Source: Bdellovibrionales bacterium (GTDB lineage: Bacteria > Bdellovibrionota > Bdellovibrionia > Bdellovibrionales > JAGQZY01). From it: 64,000 nt of DNA. The DNA is taken from positions 19,128 to 83,127 of the forward strand of contig CAXREJ010000022.1 in NCBI GenBank assembly GCA_964229765.1, given 5' to 3'. Numbering within the stretch: position 1 is the first letter of the stretch; the number at the start of each line of letters is the position of its first letter. Below the pieces are notes generated by a model that searched no databases, was not told the origin of the DNA, and was given only the letters and a program-made list of their open reading frames with translations. The translations under genes and the position numbers were made by a program. Positions 58,430-64,000 of this stretch are shown piece by piece.

Positions 58430-59791
58430 ATGACTGGAGTACAAGAGCAGATTGATAAAACGATTGAAACACTTGTTGAACAAAAAGTGAAGCAGTGTGA
58501 AAGCATCACTGGAGTTCGTGGGCCTCAAGATAAAAATAAAGAAAGTTACGCTAAGACTATAGAGGCTTGTAATGACATGAGAGGACGCCCCCTCTTTTAT
58601 AATTATTCAGGAACGGGTCTTGGTCGCGGTCCCTATGTTGAGTTGGGTGATGGCAGTGTAAAATTAGACTTTATCAACGGAATTGGAGTTCATATTTTTG
58701 GACACTCTCATCCTAAAGTGATTGAAGCCAGCGTCAAAGGGAGTTTGCAAGATATCTTGATGCAAGGTCATCTTCAAATGAACCAAGAGTATATTGAATT
58801 CTCACAAACAGTGATAGATCTTGCCAAAGGAAGTCGTTTGAAGCACGGCTGGATTTGCCCATCTGGCTCGATGGCCAATGAAAATGCATTGAAAATGGCG
58901 AGACAAAAAAATTCTCCGGCTCGGTTTATTGTAGCAATGAAAGATTCTTTTGCTGGTCGTACGACGATGATGGCTGAGGTGACAGACAATCCTAAGTATA
59001 AAGTGGGCCTACCCAGCTATGACGAAGTTTTAAGAATTCCATTTTTTGATAAAAATGATCCTAGTTCCACAGAAAAAACTTTAGAGATTTTTCGAAAACA
59101 TATAGCTGATCACCCTGGAGATATCGGGTGTCTTTATTTTGAACCTATGTTGGGTGAAGGGGGTTATAAGGTCGCTCCCAAAGAGTTTTTCATCCCATTG
59201 TTTGAGGAGTGCCGTAAGCATGGAATTGCAATATGGGCTGATGAGGTTCAAACTTTTCTCCGAACAGGAGAGCCCTTTGCTTTTCAAAAAATTGGTATTG
59301 CTGATTATGTTGATATTGTGACCATCGCTAAGACGGCTCAATGTGGTATGACTTTATATACTGAAGAATACAATCCGCAGCCAGGCCTTGTTGCTGGAAC
59401 TTTTGCTAGCTCCACGCCGTCCTTAATGTCTGGGATTGCTATCATGAAAGAGATGAAAGAGGCCGGGTATTTTGGAAGCAATGGTAAAGTGCAAAAGATT
59501 TATGATGAATTTGTTGCAAGCTTACAGAAGCTTTGTGATGGTACTTGTAAAGGACTTCTTGAAGATCCAGAGGGTTTAGGTTTGATGATTGCTGTTACAC
59601 CTTTTGGTGGAGATAGAGATAAGATTTTAAAACTTCTACATAAGATGTATGACAATGGTTTTATGGCTTTTGGTTGCGGAAAAGACCCTTTCAGGTTGCG
59701 CTTTCTTGTTCCTGCGATCGTTACAAGTGAAGATATTCAAGTGGCTTGTAAAATAATAGAGAAGTCTATACTTGAATTAAAAGATGCTTAA
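58430..59791 (+). CDS. class III PLP aminotransferase (AstC/ArgD/LAT-like)
   Basis: GH.HP, SG..ANE.ALK, F.GRT, EP..GEGG, DEVQT, IAK PLP lysine. Confidence 0.85.
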   Translation: MTGVQEQIDKTIETLVEQKVKQCESITGVRGPQDKNKESYAKTIEACNDMRGRPLFYNYSGTGLGRGPYVELGDGSVKLDFINGIGVHIFGHSHPKVIEASVKGSLQDILMQGHLQMNQEYIEFSQTVIDLAKGSRLKHGWICPSGSMANENALKMARQKNSPARFIVAMKDSFAGRTTMMAEVTDNPKYKVGLPSYDEVLRIPFFDKNDPSSTEKTLEIFRKHIADHPGDIGCLYFEPMLGEGGYKVAPKEFFIPLFEECRKHGIAIWADEVQTFLRTGEPFAFQKIGIADYVDIVTIAKTAQCGMTLYTEEYNPQPGLVAGTFASSTPSLMSGIAIMKEMKEAGYFGSNGKVQKIYDEFVASLQKLCDGTCKGLLEDPEGLGLMIAVTPFGGDRDKILKLLHKMYDNGFMAFGCGKDPFRLRFLVPAIVTSEDIQVACKIIEKSILELKDA

Positions 59792-61134
59792 TGGATTTTA
59801 TTGAAGCTTGTAAGAAGTTAATAGCAATTGATAGCACACCTCATAACGGTACTGGAGAGGTGTGCCAATTTATTAAGTCTTTGGCGGACTCCATGGGATT
59901 TCGAACTGTCGTGGAGGAAGTTGTCCAACGAGGAATAAAAGAGGCTAATATCCTCTGCTTTCCTGGAGAAGTAAGGCAAAAAGTGCACTTCATGTTGCAA
60001 ACCCATCTGGATACTGTTGATCCAGGCTCTTTTGCTCATTGGGATAAGACGGGTAAAAATCCGTTTCACGCCACGATTCATGATTCTAAGATGTATGGAC
60101 TTGGTGTCGCTGATACTAAACTCGATTTCTTATGTAAACTCTATGCTGCACGAGAATTCATAGGGAAAGATTTGAAAAAGTCATTTGCTGTTGTAGGAAC
60201 TTATGGTGAAGAGTACAACATGAACGGTTCAATAAGGTTGATTCGTCATAAGACTTTATTATCTGATCGTGTTTTAGTAAGTGAGCCTACTAACTTTGAT
60301 TTGATTACAGCGGGGAAGGGCCTTGCTAATATTGAAATAACCATTCCGTTTTCTCAAGAAGAAATGGAGGCAAAGCTTGCCCATGATAATGGTGAAGGCC
60401 AAAGTGCTCAATGTAAGATATTTAAGGGTATTGCTGCTCATTCCTCTCAGCCATTAAAAGGCGTTAATGCCATTGAAAATTTGTTTGCTTACCTTCAACA
60501 TTTACCAGATCAAATTTTATTACTAGAAGTGGATGGTGGGACAAATTATAACACTATACCGGTGCAGAGTTTAATCGAGTTTGATTTGGTGACTTTATCG
60601 GGAGTTACTGTAAATCAAAAGATCTTACAAATTTATGAAAAAATTCTTGGTATGAAAAAAGTCTTTGCTGGTTATGAAGACTCACATTTTGATCCCCCTG
60701 TAACAACTCTCAATATTGGTATGCTTAGAACATATGATGATCACTTAAAAATTATGGGCTGCGTGAGATGGCCCCCCATAGTTCAGGAGTCAGTTTATGT
60801 GCAATGGATGGAGGAATTAAAACAGTATTGTCATTCTCTGGGTGCCGTATTTAGAGTGAGAGACTCTAAAAAACCATTTTCAGTGAACCCCCATTCAGAA
60901 TTTGCAAAAAGTGTTTTTTCTGAAGTGGTTAAGCATAATAGCGAGAGTCAAATTTCAACTCAACCTGTTACAAATGAAGCCAATGTCTTTCATAAATTGG
61001 GCTTGGAAGTCCTCGTCTTTGGGCCAGGACAACGTGAGGGAAACTCGCAGACGCCACATGAATCTATACCCATTGATAATTTGAATAAAGCTATTAAAAT
61101 TTACAAAAATATTATTAAAAAAGTCTGTAATTAA
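59791..61134 (+). CDS. M20/ArgE-DapE-like amidohydrolase
   Basis: HLDTV, G.G..D.K, GEE, EPT, G.AAHSS.P..G.NAI. Confidence 0.8.
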   Translation: MDFIEACKKLIAIDSTPHNGTGEVCQFIKSLADSMGFRTVVEEVVQRGIKEANILCFPGEVRQKVHFMLQTHLDTVDPGSFAHWDKTGKNPFHATIHDSKMYGLGVADTKLDFLCKLYAAREFIGKDLKKSFAVVGTYGEEYNMNGSIRLIRHKTLLSDRVLVSEPTNFDLITAGKGLANIEITIPFSQEEMEAKLAHDNGEGQSAQCKIFKGIAAHSSQPLKGVNAIENLFAYLQHLPDQILLLEVDGGTNYNTIPVQSLIEFDLVTLSGVTVNQKILQIYEKILGMKKVFAGYEDSHFDPPVTTLNIGMLRTYDDHLKIMGCVRWPPIVQESVYVQWMEELKQYCHSLGAVFRVRDSKKPFSVNPHSEFAKSVFSEVVKHNSESQISTQPVTNEANVFHKLGLEVLVFGPGQREGNSQTPHESIPIDNLNKAIKIYKNIIKKVCN

Positions 61135-61144
61135 TGGAGCTTAA

Positions 61145-62647
61145 ATGTATCAAAAGAATCCCATCACTTATCTTGGAAACTTTATTAATGGAGAATTTTT
61201 TCTTCCTCAAGGTTCAAAAAGAATTCACAATTATAGTCCTGCAAATTTAGAAGAATCCGTTTTTGATTTTGTGTCTGACCATTCCCATGTTGAACAAGCT
61301 TGTGAAGCTGCTTTCAATGCTTTCCCAGCTTGGTCTGCTATGAAAATAGAAGATCGCATGAATATTTTAAATAGGGTGAAAGAAATTTTTGTTTCGAAAC
61401 AAGATGAGTTTGCTGAAGTTATATCACGTGAGACTGGTAAGCCTTTGTGGGAGACAGTGACAGAGGCCAAAGCCATTGTTGCAAAGTTTGATGTCACTTT
61501 TAATTATTCATTGGATTTAATTAAGGAAATTCGAGTTGAAAAGGCGACACCGACGGGAGACGGTTTTATCCGATACCAACCAAGAGGAGTGTTTGCTGTA
61601 CTGGGTCCATTTAATTTTCCAGCTCATTTACCCAATGGGCATATTGTACCGGCTTTGATAACAGGTAATTGTGTGGTTTTTAAACCTTCTGAATTTACTC
61701 CGGCAACGGCTCAGTTAATGGCTCAATGTTATCAAGAAGCGGGTGTGCCAGAGGGAGTCTTTAATCTTGTGCAAGGTGCTGGTGAGGTAGGAAGAAGACT
61801 TGTCACACACAAAAAGATAGATGGTATTTTGTTTACGGGATCCTATGAAACAGGTCTTAAAATTACTGAATCAACTGTTCAAGACTATTGGAAGATTCGC
61901 GCGTTAGAAATGGGTGGAAAAAACTCTACAATTGTTTGGAACGATACCGATTTAGAAAAGGCAGTCTATGAAAGCTTGGTCGGTGTTTTCTTGTCAACAG
62001 GACAACGTTGCTCTTGTACCTCTCGTCTTTTTCTTCATAAGGATATTGCTCCTCAATTTACAGAAATGTTTTATGAGAAAGCTAAAAAACTGACAATAGG
62101 CCATTGGTCTGAAAATCCCTTTATGGGCCCTCTAATTAATGAAAAGTCTCTCGATACTTATATTCGATTCCAAGATATTGCTATTAGAGAAGGGGCTGAG
62201 AAAATCATGAGAGGTAAAGCTTTTGAGTCTGACTACAAAGGCTATTATGTCACTCCTAGTATCTATAAGGTTAATAATTACGATCCTCAGTCCACTTATC
62301 AGAATACTGAAATTTTTGGGCCCAATGCTGCGATCTATGAAATCGAAGATCTTGATGAGGCTATTCAAATAACAAATGATAGTGGGTTTGGATTATCAAT
62401 GGCTATCTTTACAAAAGAAAAAGAAAACTATTTAAATTGTCTACAAAAAGCAAAGGTAGGTTTGTTGAACTGGAATAGAACCACAAATGGAGCGAGCTCT
62501 AAGTTACCTTTTGGTGGATGTGGAAAATCTGGTAACGATCGCCCCTCCGCTCATTTCGCAGTTTACTATTGTACAAGACCGGTGGCTTCTATAGAGGATA
62601 CAGGAACTTTTGACCCTAAAAATAACTTTCCAGGAATGAATTGGTAA
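61145..62647 (+). CDS. astD: succinylglutamate-semialdehyde dehydrogenase-like aldehyde dehydrogenase
   Basis: ETGKPLWE, GPFNFPAHLPNGHIVPAL, FTGS, ALEMGG, GQRC.C, GASS.LPFGG.G.SGN.RPSA. Confidence 0.85.
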   Translation: MYQKNPITYLGNFINGEFFLPQGSKRIHNYSPANLEESVFDFVSDHSHVEQACEAAFNAFPAWSAMKIEDRMNILNRVKEIFVSKQDEFAEVISRETGKPLWETVTEAKAIVAKFDVTFNYSLDLIKEIRVEKATPTGDGFIRYQPRGVFAVLGPFNFPAHLPNGHIVPALITGNCVVFKPSEFTPATAQLMAQCYQEAGVPEGVFNLVQGAGEVGRRLVTHKKIDGILFTGSYETGLKITESTVQDYWKIRALEMGGKNSTIVWNDTDLEKAVYESLVGVFLSTGQRCSCTSRLFLHKDIAPQFTEMFYEKAKKLTIGHWSENPFMGPLINEKSLDTYIRFQDIAIREGAEKIMRGKAFESDYKGYYVTPSIYKVNNYDPQSTYQNTEIFGPNAAIYEIEDLDEAIQITNDSGFGLSMAIFTKEKENYLNCLQKAKVGLLNWNRTTNGASSKLPFGGCGKSGNDRPSAHFAVYYCTRPVASIEDTGTFDPKNNFPGMNW

Positions 62648-62648
62648 G

Positions 62649-63698
62649 ATGAAAAAAATTCTATTTTTCATAGTATTTTTAGTGATTGTTGCTGTCAGTG
62701 TAAAAGTGAGTCTACATCTTTATTTGAATCAAAATGTCGGACTCAATTCTCCAATTATTGTTACAATTAAAAAGGGAACAAGTCTTACCAGGGTTGCTAG
62801 GATGCTATCTAGAGAAAGGGTAATAAAATTTCCTAAGATTTTTGTAAAGGTGGGACAACTTTATGGTTATGGGCAGTCCATAAAATATGGAGAATATGAG
62901 TTAAATCCAAACTTAACATATCATGATGTTTTAGATAAGATCGTTAGTGGAGATACTTATAAGTATGAGGTTACCTTTGTAGAAGGAGATCATATGTATA
63001 AGTACGCCACTCAACTTGAAGAGATGGGGTTAACAACCAAAGAAAAGTTTTTCAAAGTTGTAAAAAATAAAGATCTCATCAAAAAGTGGTTAGGAGAGGA
63101 TTTAAGTAGCTTTGAAGGTTATTTATTTCCTGAAACCTATCATTTTTCAAAAGTAGACGGTGCTAAAACTATTGTTAAAACAATGGTCTTTAAATTTTTA
63201 GATGAAGTGAAAAATATTAATTTTTCTAGCTCATCTTTAACCAGACATGAGTTAGTCACTCTTGCCAGTATTGTTGAAAAAGAAACTGGTGCTCCTTTTG
63301 AAAGACCACTGATTTCCTCTGTCTTCCATAATCGAATAGCAAAAAAAATGAAGTTGCAAACTGATCCGACCATTATTTATGGAATTTTAGATAAAACAGG
63401 AGTTGAAGTTAGAAACATACGTAAAAAAGATATAATGACTCCCTCTTTATATAATACTTATGTCATCAAAGGTCTTCCCCCTGGCCCTATCGGAAATCCC
63501 GGTATTGAGTCTATCAGAGCCGCGATGAATCCAGCGAAATCAGAGTATTTATTTTTCGTTAGCCAAAATGATGGCACACATGTGTTTACTTCAACATATA
63601 AGGATCACAGTAAGGCTGTACGAAAATTTCAATTGGATCCCAAGATGAGAGAAGGAAAGTCTTGGCGTGATTTGAAAAAGAGGAATGCACATCAATGA
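62649..63698 (+). CDS. mltG: endolytic transglycosylase MltG
   Basis: EGYLFPETY, LASIVEKET, VFHNR, LQTDPT, YNTY...GLPPGPIGNPG, YLFFV. Confidence 0.95.
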   Translation: MKKILFFIVFLVIVAVSVKVSLHLYLNQNVGLNSPIIVTIKKGTSLTRVARMLSRERVIKFPKIFVKVGQLYGYGQSIKYGEYELNPNLTYHDVLDKIVSGDTYKYEVTFVEGDHMYKYATQLEEMGLTTKEKFFKVVKNKDLIKKWLGEDLSSFEGYLFPETYHFSKVDGAKTIVKTMVFKFLDEVKNINFSSSSLTRHELVTLASIVEKETGAPFERPLISSVFHNRIAKKMKLQTDPTIIYGILDKTGVEVRNIRKKDIMTPSLYNTYVIKGLPPGPIGNPGIESIRAAMNPAKSEYLFFVSQNDGTHVFTSTYKDHSKAVRKFQLDPKMREGKSWRDLKKRNAHQ

Positions 63699-64000
63699 AA
63701 CTAGGAATAGCTTTATTCTTTATATCTATAATTGTATCAGTTATTCTTTTAAACCCGAGAATCAAGTCTAAAACATTGGAGCTTTTTGTTGGCACTCAAA
63801 GAGAAGTGTTGTCACAACTCATTATGAATGATTCGGGTCAAGAGTACAAAATATTAAAAGTTAAAACAGTGGATGGGTTGATTGTTGAAATTTACAAGAT
63901 ATCAGAAGATCATTTTATTCTTTTAGACTCTCAAGCTTTGACAGACAAGAAAGATGCTTTCTACAAGTTTGGTAATAGCAAGCATAATCTTTTTCTTAAA
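63695..64000 (+). CDS. hypothetical protein, 3' truncated by window edge
   Basis: ATG overlaps the mltG stop (ATGA); N-terminal hydrophobic helix MKLGIALFFISIIVSVILL; open to the end of the window. Confidence 0.6.
   Translation, partial: MKLGIALFFISIIVSVILLNPRIKSKTLELFVGTQREVLSQLIMNDSGQEYKILKVKTVDGLIVEIYKISEDHFILLDSQALTDKKDAFYKFGNSKHNLFLK

Noticed and set aside
539-63795. Numerous short ORFs overlapping or antisense to assigned genes (e.g. 40288..40764, 39227..39604, 33725..34060, 21147..21368)
   Set aside because: Shadow frames of well-supported genes or of repeat elements, with no motifs

Overview
AT-rich chromosomal window, most likely from a predatory Bdellovibrionota bacterium. This is inferred from the gene repertoire: many lipoproteins and secreted hydrolases, Cys-rich large prepilins, a NadD-RsfS fusion, L21 with a Lys/Ala tail and a stand-alone Fis-type HTH. 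Most of it is housekeeping or predator accessory DNA: rpsF-DUF2232-rplI, rplU-rpmA-obg-nadD/rsfS-rlmH-comF-lolA-rimO, asnS plus an acyl-CoA carboxylase, nucleoside salvage, pilT, rng, bamD, an astD cluster and mltG. I saw no rRNA, tRNA, CRISPR array, transposase, integrase or prophage. The most unusual items are: (1) three tandem type IV prepilin-like proteins whose C-terminal domain resembles a marine-phage tail-fibre head; (2) a GC-rich 90-bp tandem element built from c(GNA)g triloop hairpins, between a lytic-transglycosylase/putative-immunity pair and a subtilase; (3) three families of non-autonomous palindromic MITE-like repeats, co-oriented within each family, several sitting on TAG stop codons; (4) a sigma54-preceded operon (secreted protein, RDD, rhomboid) sharing an R-x-[IL]-A-x motif; (5) an S6:S18 leader retained although rpsR is absent from the operon; (6) two unannotated small ORFs with good ribosome-binding sites. 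All family calls come from motif recognition by eye, not from database searches.
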